Below are positions 38,106 to 46,067 of a DNA stretch of 64,000 bases, piece by piece. The DNA is taken from NCBI GenBank assembly GCA_964291625.2, contig OZ220089.1:3872001-3936000 (forward strand), in the 5' to 3' direction. The stretch's first letter is position 1. Each line of letters starts with the position of its first letter. This stretch comes from Candidatus Latescibacterota bacterium (GTDB lineage Bacteria > Latescibacterota > UBA2968 > UBA8231). A program made the translations under genes and the position numbers. The notes beneath the pieces are model-generated. The model had not been told where the DNA came from, made no database searches, and saw nothing but the letters and a program-made list of their open reading frames with translations.

Positions 38106-39142
38106 GAGAATGGCCTCCTCAGCGGCGCCGTCCTCTCCGCCTTGTCGTACCACCCCTGGGGCGCGTAGTCGCTCATGTGGAGGTAGCACTTGATGTTGAC
38201 CTCCGCCGCCCCTTCGCAGAAGGTCAACAGCCGGCTCATGGAGACGTTCCTGCGGCCGTGGTATCTCGAAATCGCCGCCACGTTGACGAAGGTCACCCCC
38301 CACTTCCGCTCCACGTGGGACCGGCCGCCGTGTGTGTCATCCGGGTTCGTGTGGGTATGCCCTCCCAGCCACAGGTCGATCGCCCCCGGGTTCGCCTCCA
38401 GCCAGGACTCGAAGGCCCCCGCGTCGGGCTCTCCTCCCACGAAATGGAGATACGATGCGCCGATGGGGGCCCCGTCCTCGAAGCGGCCGTGGTAGCCGCC
38501 GTCGACCCCCTCCCAGGGGCCGGAGGCCACTGTCGTCTCCTTCAGCATGTGATGGTGGGCGGTTACGATGATCCGGTCCTGGTGCGCTTCGACCTGCTGT
38601 CGCCACCACTCGAAGGTCTCCCGCGTCACGGCGCCCGCGGGATATCCGCCTCTCTCGCCCCGCCCGACCGGAGGCCCGCCGTCGTTGCGGTCGCCCATGG
38701 CCAGAAAGAGGATGTTCCCCACCTGGAAGGAATACCGCTCCCAGGTCCCTTCCACCGGCCAGGGCCGCCGGTGGGCGTGAACGCCGGAGTGCTCGCTGTT
38801 CTCCCCGGTGGGATCGACCCACTTGCGGAACCACCACTGGCAGGGCTCGTCCGGGCCGCTGGCGTCGTGGTTGCCGACGATGTTGTAGAAGTCCTCCCGG
38901 GGATGCAGGGTCGAGACGCCGTACTGCCGCACCACCTCTTCTCCCTCCTCGTCGTCCGGCGGCGTCTGCGACCCCGACAGGTCCCCGATGTCGAGCATGA
39001 TGTCCCACTCGAAGGGAGGACCGCCGTCGGCGCCGCCCCCTTCGGCCTGCAGGATCGCCTCGGCAAGACTGCGGCGGCCACCGCGCCCCAGGTCCGTGCC
39101 CACGTGCGCATCCCCGCCCGCCCACAGCCGCAAGGTCCTCAT
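38102..39142 (-). CDS. Calcineurin-like metallophosphoesterase
   Basis: DAH, GD, GNHD, HH and GHTH motifs in the canonical order. Confidence 0.88.
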   Translation of the reverse strand: MRTLRLWAGGDAHVGTDLGRGGRRSLAEAILQAEGGGADGGPPFEWDIMLDIGDLSGSQTPPDDEEGEEVVRQYGVSTLHPREDFYNIVGNHDASGPDEPCQWWFRKWVDPTGENSEHSGVHAHRRPWPVEGTWERYSFQVGNILFLAMGDRNDGGPPVGRGERGGYPAGAVTRETFEWWRQQVEAHQDRIIVTAHHHMLKETTVASGPWEGVDGGYHGRFEDGAPIGASYLHFVGGEPDAGAFESWLEANPGAIDLWLGGHTHTNPDDTHGGRSHVERKWGVTFVNVAAISRYHGRRNVSMSRLLTFCEGAAEVNIKCYLHMSDYAPQGWYDKAERTAPLRRPFS

Positions 39143-40503
39143 GACAGTTTCCGGAACACGAAGGCCCCCAACTCGTAGCTGATCGCCCTGTCCTCGTCGA
39201 AGGAGAAGAGGGCTGTCTCTCCCGTGGCCCGGCCGCCGCGGACGAGCCACTCCTCCGCCTTGTCCGTCGGGTCGAGGACGGCCGGGGCGTGCAGGGCGAG
39301 GGCACCGCCGTGGGGGACCAGCCGCAGGGCGCCGTCGCGCCACTCGATGTTCACGTCGATCCCCGGCTCGGCGCGGTAGTGGCCGAGGAATCGCCGCAGT
39401 GCCTCCGGCGTCGGTTCGAGCTTCGTCGGCTCGGGGACGGACGGCGCCGCCTCGTCGGCGTTCAGGACCATCTCGAGGACCTCCTGCGCCGTCTCGAGGC
39501 CGCCGTGGGGGGGCCACATGTTGATGAGCAGCACCACGCCCGTGCGAGCCGGAACGTTGTACCACACCTGCGTCCCGAAGCCGTGGATGCCGCCGCCGTG
39601 ATTGTGGTAGACGCGGTCGCCGATGCGGGTGGCGCGCCAGCCCAGGCACTGGCCCGCGGACCAGTCGGGCTCGACGTATTGCGGTTGCTGAATCTCCACC
39701 AGTGTCTCGGCCTTGAGCACCCGCGCGTCGCCGTGGAACTGGAAGGAGATCCACCTCGCCAGGTCGCTCACCGTGGAGTGCAGCTGGCCCGCCGACGAGA
39801 TCCCGTTGAGGTGGGCGTAGGGGGCGCGCTCGGGGCGGTCCTGCAAGGGGGACGGGTTGTAGCCGGTGAAGAAGCGGGGGCGCAGCTCGTCGGTGAGGTC
39901 GAAGACCGTGGAGGTCAACCCGAGGGGCTCGATGATGTTGGTGTGTACGTACTCCGTGTATGGCGTGCCGGTGACCCGGTAGACCACCTCGCCGAGGAGG
40001 CCGAAGGCGAGGTTGGAGTACTTGAAGGCCGAGTCCTGGGCGATGACGATCCCCGTCTCCGGCAGCCTGGCCAGCATCTCCTCCCGGCTGGGGAAGTCGA
40101 GGGCGTCCCAGCCCTGCGTCGGAGACTCGGTGACCAGTCCCGAGCGGTGGGTCAGCAGGCGCCGCAGCGTCACCCCTTCCACGTCGCCGCCGACGGCGCG
40201 GGCCTCGGCGAACTCGGGGACGTGCCTGGCCAGCGGGTCCTCCAGCGTGAGCCGGCCCTCGTCCCGCAACCGCAGGATCGCCGTGGCGGTGAAGGTCTTG
40301 GTCACCGAGGCGACGCGGGCGATCGTCTCCTCGGTGGGCCTTGCGCCCGAGTCGAGGTCGGCCGCGCCGAAGCCGCCGAACCAGGCGAGCTCCCGGCCGC
40401 GGACGATGCCGAGGGCCATGCCGGGGAGCCTGTGCTCGGCGACCTTGGTCTGCGCCAGGGGCTCGATCCGGGGTATCAGGCCCTCCAGAACACGGTCGGT
40501 CAC
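39139..40503 (-). CDS. Serine hydrolase, beta-lactamase/penicillin-binding protein family
   Basis: SVTK (SxxK), LLTHRSG, YSN and HGGG. Confidence 0.9.
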   Translation of the reverse strand: MTDRVLEGLIPRIEPLAQTKVAEHRLPGMALGIVRGRELAWFGGFGAADLDSGARPTEETIARVASVTKTFTATAILRLRDEGRLTLEDPLARHVPEFAEARAVGGDVEGVTLRRLLTHRSGLVTESPTQGWDALDFPSREEMLARLPETGIVIAQDSAFKYSNLAFGLLGEVVYRVTGTPYTEYVHTNIIEPLGLTSTVFDLTDELRPRFFTGYNPSPLQDRPERAPYAHLNGISSAGQLHSTVSDLARWISFQFHGDARVLKAETLVEIQQPQYVEPDWSAGQCLGWRATRIGDRVYHNHGGGIHGFGTQVWYNVPARTGVVLLINMWPPHGGLETAQEVLEMVLNADEAAPSVPEPTKLEPTPEALRRFLGHYRAEPGIDVNIEWRDGALRLVPHGGALALHAPAVLDPTDKAEEWLVRGGRATGETALFSFDEDRAISYELGAFVFRKLS

Positions 40504-41729
40504 TCGGAGTCCTCCTGGGCCAGGACCGCCTCTGGAGTTCTGCCGACGAGGTGGCGGTAGACCTCCGGATCGGTGGCCCCCTCGGTCGCGATGATGACGA
40601 CACGGCTGCCGGCATCGAGTCCAAGCCGCTGCTTCAACCCTTCGTCACGGGTCGCTGCCAGGAATCCGGCCCACGCCGCGATCCCCGTCTCGCCGATGAC
40701 CAGCGGGGGATCGCCGCCGACACCGGCCGCCGCCTGGCGCATGGCATCGCCCGCCGCCTCGTCCGGGACCGTGAGAAAGGCGAAGGCGCCGCCCCTCAGG
40801 ATCTCCCACGCCTGGGGTGAGGCGGACTCGACCACCAGTCCGTCCATGACCGACCGGCCGTCCCCGCCGAGGGTCTGCGGGCTGTCTTCGAGGGCGCTGT
40901 GGTAGAGGCAGGCGGAGTTGGTGGGCTCGACGACGACGACCCGCGGATGGCCGCTCCCGTACCGCTCCCACAGGTGGCCGCAGGTGGCCGCGGCCAGGCG
41001 TCCGCCGCCGCCGGGGACGAGGAGATGCGTGGGCGGCCGGCCGCCGCTGCACTGCTTGAAGATCTCGTCGGCCACCATGGCGTAGCCCTGAATGATGTCG
41101 CGGGAGATGTGGGGGTACTGCGAGGACTTCTCGTCCGATATGGGGAAGTAGCCGAGCCTCTCGGCGTCCTCGTAGGAGCGCTGCACGGTTCGATCGTAGC
41201 TCCCCGGCACGCGCACCACCTCGGCGCCGTAGGCGGCGATCGCCTCCTCCCGGCCGGCGCTGACACCGTCGTTCATGTAGATCACGCAACGACAGCCGAA
41301 CATGCGCGCGCCCCAGGCCAGGGCCCGCCCGTGGTTCCCCGATGTCGCCGCCGAGACGGTGATCTCCCGCGTCACCGATCCATACATGCGATCCATCAGA
41401 TCCTGCGTCGTGACCGTTTCCGCTCCGGTCGCTTTCCCGACTTCACCCTTCAACACGGACAACATCGCGTAGACGGGCCCCGTCGGCTTGAAGCTGCCCA
41501 CCTCGAACCGATGCCCTTCGTGCTTGCACCACAGGCCATCGACACCGCTGGCGGAAGCGAGACCGTCCAGCGCGATCAGCGGCGTCGGCTCGTACCCGGG
41601 GAAGCGCGTCACCTCCGCCTCCACGTCGGCGAAGGCCCCGCGGTTCAGCAGCGCCTTCTGCGCCGGACCGTACTCCGGCGGAGGGTGGGCCCGCGCATTG
41701 ATGGAGAGATACGTCGGGTAGGCCCTCAT
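40500..41729 (-). CDS. Diaminopropionate ammonia-lyase family PLP enzyme
   Basis: YEPTPL, KHEGHRF..SFK (PLP Lys), ATSGNHGRA, VVEP, GETG and TEGATDP. Confidence 0.82.
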   Translation of the reverse strand: MRAYPTYLSINARAHPPPEYGPAQKALLNRGAFADVEAEVTRFPGYEPTPLIALDGLASASGVDGLWCKHEGHRFEVGSFKPTGPVYAMLSVLKGEVGKATGAETVTTQDLMDRMYGSVTREITVSAATSGNHGRALAWGARMFGCRCVIYMNDGVSAGREEAIAAYGAEVVRVPGSYDRTVQRSYEDAERLGYFPISDEKSSQYPHISRDIIQGYAMVADEIFKQCSGGRPPTHLLVPGGGGRLAAATCGHLWERYGSGHPRVVVVEPTNSACLYHSALEDSPQTLGGDGRSVMDGLVVESASPQAWEILRGGAFAFLTVPDEAAGDAMRQAAAGVGGDPPLVIGETGIAAWAGFLAATRDEGLKQRLGLDAGSRVVIIATEGATDPEVYRHLVGRTPEAVLAQEDSE

Positions 41730-42913
41730 GCCGGCATGTCGGGGGCGTTCGGATCGAGGCAGGCGCCGGCCGGCCGGGGCCCCCGCGGGCGCAGGGGCAT
41801 CTCGTCGTAGGACTCGTAGCGGATGTCGAGCCAGGGCGTCTCGATGACGCGGCACTCCTCGCTGCGGGAGTTCATGACCGCGTCGATGACGCCCGTGATC
41901 AGCAGGGTGCGCTCGCAGGGGTACGGCGGCACCCCGGTGCGGAAGAACCGCTCGATGTTGCGGGTGAGGTAGCCGAAGTGGGCGAAGGGGCCGCCTTCCT
42001 GGGTGTGGAACTCGCAGGCGTCGACGGTGCCGTCCCGCCGCCGCGCGGCGTAGGCGAAGGTGCTCACGCCCTTGAGATGCAGGACCGAGGCCTTCAGGCC
42101 GTCGGCGTAGCGCACCAGGAAGACGGTTGGCTCGGGGTACTTCTCGGGGTCGTCGCTCCTGGCCTTTGCCGCGGCGGCCAGCATGGCCGCGGCCAGGTCC
42201 TGGGACCACTCGCCCCGGTCCCGGGCCCGCCACACGTCGTCGCCCTCCAGGCACTGCACCGAGACGACGCCGGTCTCGCCGCCGGCGCGCCGCTCGGCCA
42301 TGCACTGCAGGGTCTCGAGGGCGTGAAATCCGTAGGCCTCCACCGATCCGTAGCTGAGGGCCATGACCTCCTCCAGCTCGACGCCCTTGTCGTACTCCAG
42401 CCACGGCCGGCGCCAGCACAGGGGCAGGGAGGACCCGGCCATGAGGGGGATGCCGAGCTCCTGCTTGCGGGCCCACATCCAGGCCGCGTCGTCCCAGCTG
42501 TAGGCCAGGTGCTTGTCGCTGAAGACCGGGACCACGCGGCCGCTCTCGGCGAAGACGCCGGCGATCTGCTCGAAGAAGTAGCGCCGCGGGTACATGTGCC
42601 GGCCGCGCTCGTTCCACGGGTAGTCCCCGTGCTCGCCCACGAGGAGCACGGCGTCCACGTCCAGCTCCCTGGACCCGGCGTGCAGGGCGCGGCGGATGCT
42701 GGGGTGATGGGGGACGCCGTGCTTGGCCAGGCGCCCCAGGCCGACGTCGTTCTCCAGCACGTGGTCGATGTACGCGGAGGTGACGCGCACATCGTCGAAG
42801 GGCCGGAAGCCGTCGTCCGTGGACGCCCCCTCCAGGAACTTGGTGACGATCACGTCGGCGTGGGACTTGGGGTAGTAGATGGTGCAGATGGCGGCGACGC
42901 GGAGGGGATCCAT
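41726..42913 (-). CDS. Conserved hypothetical protein, Gfo/Idh/MocA-like fold
   Basis: SHADVI, DAVLLVGEHGDYP, VFSDKHL, MAGSSLP, YGFHALE and PYPCERTLL. Confidence 0.7.
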   Translation of the reverse strand: MDPLRVAAICTIYYPKSHADVIVTKFLEGASTDDGFRPFDDVRVTSAYIDHVLENDVGLGRLAKHGVPHHPSIRRALHAGSRELDVDAVLLVGEHGDYPWNERGRHMYPRRYFFEQIAGVFAESGRVVPVFSDKHLAYSWDDAAWMWARKQELGIPLMAGSSLPLCWRRPWLEYDKGVELEEVMALSYGSVEAYGFHALETLQCMAERRAGGETGVVSVQCLEGDDVWRARDRGEWSQDLAAAMLAAAAKARSDDPEKYPEPTVFLVRYADGLKASVLHLKGVSTFAYAARRRDGTVDACEFHTQEGGPFAHFGYLTRNIERFFRTGVPPYPCERTLLITGVIDAVMNSRSEECRVIETPWLDIRYESYDEMPLRPRGPRPAGACLDPNAPDMPA

Positions 42914-43092
42914 GGGGGGGCTCGCTCGGGGTGCGGGGTGCGGATCGGGGTCTTGCCGGGGCGGCATAGGTTCCGCGAGGCCGGGGGCAGCGTCAAGGGC
43001 GAGGAAGCCCTGGCCGATGGCGAAGCGATTGATCCCGGCTCCGGGGCGGCGGTACCTTGCCGAGGCTGGAAGTCGACTCGAGGAGGCACCCG

Positions 43093-44499
43093 ATGAGACC
43101 GATCCCGACATGGCCGGCCGCCGCGGCCGGCCTCGCGCTGCTCACCCCTGGCGAAGGGCAGGCCCAGGTGACCGGATTCGACCGCGAGGCCCTGATCGCG
43201 GAGTTCATCGCTTTCGACGACTCGCGCAACGAGGGACGGGCGTACTCGGACCAGACGACATCGTCGGCCCTGGCCTGGGGCGAGAGCTACTACCTCAACG
43301 CCTACATCAAGATGTACCGCGTCATCGGGGACGCGCGCTGGCTGGACAAGGTCGTCGACCACTTCGACCGCATGGCGGCGAACATGGGCGACCACGACGG
43401 CGACGGCATCCCGGGGTGGCAGGCGGACCGGTACTCCGTCTCCCGCATGCGCGCCGGGGAACTGCACAACCGCGGGACGGCGAGGATCCTGCCCGGGGCG
43501 AAGGTGGAGACGAACATCCAGCAGGCCCACGAAGCGGTGGACGCGGAGTACATCGTCGAGCGCACCGGGGACGACCGCTACACGGTGAGGCAGAGGAGCG
43601 GCGGCCCGTGGGAAGTGGTCCACGACGGGCCCCACGCCGTGGGAGAGCCGATCCCCGGCATCGCCGGCTTCGAGGTGAAGCTGGAGGGCGTGCCCGAGAT
43701 CGGGGACCGCTTCCGCGTCGAGACCTGGGGACCGGCGCCGCTGGAGTACGCCGTGCACGAGGGGATGATCCTCTACCCCGTCGCCCAGTTCATCGAGCTG
43801 GCCCTGAAGGACCCGCGCCTCAAGGGGCGTTACGAGGAGAAGGCCCGGTCCTACCTCCAACTGATCGAGGAGCGGGTCCTGCGGAAGCAGGAGCGCCACT
43901 GGGTGGACGTGGGCCCCGGCATGGGGGCCTACCGGTTCACCGAGTCCCCGGCCGAGCGCTTTCCCAACCGCGTCATGCCCCACAACCAGTACCTCGCCCC
44001 GGCCCGGGTCTGGCTGGTGCTCAAGGACGTCTCGGAGAATCCTCTGTACCTGGAGCGCGCCACGAAGATGGCCGCCCACTTCCGGCACTTCCTCCAAGAG
44101 ACGGGAGATGCCTGGACCTGGAACTACTGGGACTGGACCGAGGCCGGGGAGCCGGACCACAGCCGCCCCGAGGACAGCAGCCACGGGCAGATCGACGTGA
44201 CCTTCGCCGTCGAGGCCTTCCGCCGGGGCGTGGTCTTCACGCGGGAGGACATGCTGCGGTTCGCGCGGACCCTGACGGACCAGATGTGGAACGGCTCGCT
44301 GGAGGAACCGCGCATCGGGGGCCGCGTGGACGGACCCGACGGCGACAGCAAGATCATCCGCGGCTGGATCGAGCTGTGCCGCTGGGACCCGCGGATCTGG
44401 GAGATCCAGTGGGCCCGGTTCAACCGGCTCGAGCGGCCGGGGCTGGACATCCCCCACATTCTGTACGGGCGGGCGCTGCTCGACGGCGAGGTGGAGTAG
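43093..44499 (+). CDS. Exported hypothetical protein, possibly an alpha/alpha-toroid carbohydrate-active fold
   Basis: AGGAGG RBS, signal peptide, LAWGESYY, PHNQ, WNYW and EDSSH. Confidence 0.7.
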   Translation: MRPIPTWPAAAAGLALLTPGEGQAQVTGFDREALIAEFIAFDDSRNEGRAYSDQTTSSALAWGESYYLNAYIKMYRVIGDARWLDKVVDHFDRMAANMGDHDGDGIPGWQADRYSVSRMRAGELHNRGTARILPGAKVETNIQQAHEAVDAEYIVERTGDDRYTVRQRSGGPWEVVHDGPHAVGEPIPGIAGFEVKLEGVPEIGDRFRVETWGPAPLEYAVHEGMILYPVAQFIELALKDPRLKGRYEEKARSYLQLIEERVLRKQERHWVDVGPGMGAYRFTESPAERFPNRVMPHNQYLAPARVWLVLKDVSENPLYLERATKMAAHFRHFLQETGDAWTWNYWDWTEAGEPDHSRPEDSSHGQIDVTFAVEAFRRGVVFTREDMLRFARTLTDQMWNGSLEEPRIGGRVDGPDGDSKIIRGWIELCRWDPRIWEIQWARFNRLERPGLDIPHILYGRALLDGEVE

Positions 44500-44576
44500 C
44501 GGCCTGCACCGCGCCGGCTGCTCCGCCACCCACTCGCCGTGTCCCCGGCGGCCACAGTCGGGAGGGCCCTCCAGCC

Positions 44577-44605
44577 TTGACGCGGCGGGAGAGCCTCAGC
44601 ATAAT
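44577..44605 (+). promoter_or_regulatory. Sigma70-type promoter
   Basis: TTGACG (44577-82), 17-bp spacer, CATAAT (44600-05). A perfect palindrome ggagggccctcc lies at 44561-44572 just upstream. Confidence 0.75.
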
Positions 44606-44611
44606 CCGGCC

Positions 44612-44829
44612 GGCTCGCAGGGAGCCTCCAGTCCGCGGGAAGGGCCCAGCCCACCTGTGCACCGCAGCACGCAGCGCCCGCCTAGCACCTCCTTTCAGCC
44701 CCGGATGCGGACCGTGGGCCTTCCTTCGAGAGGAGGCTGCACCTTGTTCCGCCCAATCACCCCCATCGCCGTCCCGAACCATCCCGCAGTTGCCCGTAGT
44801 CCGTCGGTCCGCGGCCGGGGAGGTGCGTG
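44612..44829 (+). ncRNA. Candidate structured cis-regulatory leader RNA
   Basis: Complementary pairs ggctc/gagcc, agcctcc/ggaggct, gtccgc/gcggac and ggaag(g)gccca/tgggccttcc, plus gcacctcc complementary to the downstream SD ggaggtgc. Confidence 0.5.
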
Positions 44830-44830
44830 A
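44744..44830 (+). CDS. Putative 28-aa leader peptide (uORF)
   Basis: AGGAGG 7 nt before TTG. Reads MFRPITPIAVPNHPAVARSPSVRGRGGA, and its TGA overlaps the ankyrin ATG (TGATG). Confidence 0.4.
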   Translation: MFRPITPIAVPNHPAVARSPSVRGRGGA

Positions 44831-46065
44831 TGCCGGTCCGCCATCTTCCCAACGATCCCGACCTGGACCACCTCAGGGGCCAGGCGAAGTCGCTCCTCGC
44901 CGCCTGCCGGTCCGGCGACCCCGACGCCGTGGCCGACTTCGCCGAGTTCCATCCCCGCGGGGTGGAGCCCGCCGAGGCGAAGCTCGCCGACGCCCAGCTC
45001 GTGCTCGCGAGGGCCTACCAGCAGTCGAGCTGGCCCCGCCTGCGGGTCAAGGTGGAGCTGCTGCGCGCCATCTGGAACGACGACGTGCAGCGGGTCCGCG
45101 ACATCGTGACCGAGCACCCCGACCTGCTGGCAGAGAACGTGCGCAACGAGGACTGGGGCCCGCCCATGTCGCAGGCCGCCAACCTCGGCCGGGACGCGGT
45201 CGTGGAGGCCCTGGCCTCCCTCGGCGCGCAGGACCTCGAGAAGGCCTTCGCCCGCGCGGCCCTGCAGGGCAAGGTGAGCACCATGCGCAAGCTGGTTGCT
45301 CTCGGCGCGACGGTCCCGCGGGGGATCATCATGGGCTGCTGCGAGACGGTGAACGGCGACGGCCTGAGGGAGCTGGTCGAGGTCGGCGCCGAGCTGTGCG
45401 ACTCCGAGGGCGACCGCCTGGCGCCCGTCGCCCTGGCCCTGAGCACCTACTCCCGCAACCCCGCCGGCAAGCACGAGGTCCTGCGCATCCTGGAGGCCAA
45501 CGTCGACTACCCCGACACGCCCGCCATGGCCGTGCACCGGGGGCGGGTCGACCTGCTCGAGGCCCTGTACGAGCGGGACCCCGGCTTCGTCGGCCGTCCG
45601 CTTACCGGCGAGGAGACCTACCCCCGGGCGTGCGGCTGCGGCGGAGACGACGGCTACGGCCTGCACGGCACCCCGCTGCAGGGCGCCACCCTGCTGCACA
45701 TGGCGATCGACTACCACGAGCGCGAGATCTTCGACTGGCTCCTGGACCACGGCGCCGACCCGAACGCCCGCGCGGCGGTCGACGCCGACGGCTTCGGCGG
45801 GCACACGCCGTTGTTCAGCGCCGTGGTGGTGCAGCCGGCGACGGTGAGAGGCCTGGAGGCCGATCACTTCGCCCGGGCCCTGCTCGAGCGCGGCGCCGAC
45901 CCTTCCGTGCGCGCCTCGATCCGCAAGCAGCTGATGTTCATCGACGACGAGGAGCACGAGTACCGCGAGGTGACGGCCCTGGAGTACGGGCGGGCCTTCC
46001 ACGAGCTGCGGTTCGTCAACATGGCGGCCCTGAACCTGCTGCAGGCGCACGTCGAGGCCGGCTGA
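44830..46065 (+). CDS. Ankyrin-repeat protein with N-terminal 'LPxxPDLDHLRxQAK..AQLVLAR.Y...SW' helical domain
   Basis: GATLLHMAI, LLDHGADPNA, GHTPLFSAV and LLERGADP. Confidence 0.88.
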   Translation: MPVRHLPNDPDLDHLRGQAKSLLAACRSGDPDAVADFAEFHPRGVEPAEAKLADAQLVLARAYQQSSWPRLRVKVELLRAIWNDDVQRVRDIVTEHPDLLAENVRNEDWGPPMSQAANLGRDAVVEALASLGAQDLEKAFARAALQGKVSTMRKLVALGATVPRGIIMGCCETVNGDGLRELVEVGAELCDSEGDRLAPVALALSTYSRNPAGKHEVLRILEANVDYPDTPAMAVHRGRVDLLEALYERDPGFVGRPLTGEETYPRACGCGGDDGYGLHGTPLQGATLLHMAIDYHEREIFDWLLDHGADPNARAAVDADGFGGHTPLFSAVVVQPATVRGLEADHFARALLERGADPSVRASIRKQLMFIDDEEHEYREVTALEYGRAFHELRFVNMAALNLLQAHVEAG

Positions 46066-46067
46066 AG

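Noticed and set aside
39139-40503. Antibiotic-resistance beta-lactamase
   Set aside because: The SxxK/YxN fold is shared by esterases and peptidases, and the operon context is catabolic.
42879-46067. 1628-aa ORF as a single protein
   Set aside because: The first ~1060 codons are Arg/Gly/Pro-rich off-frame read-through over two real genes. Only 46068-47765 is protein-like.
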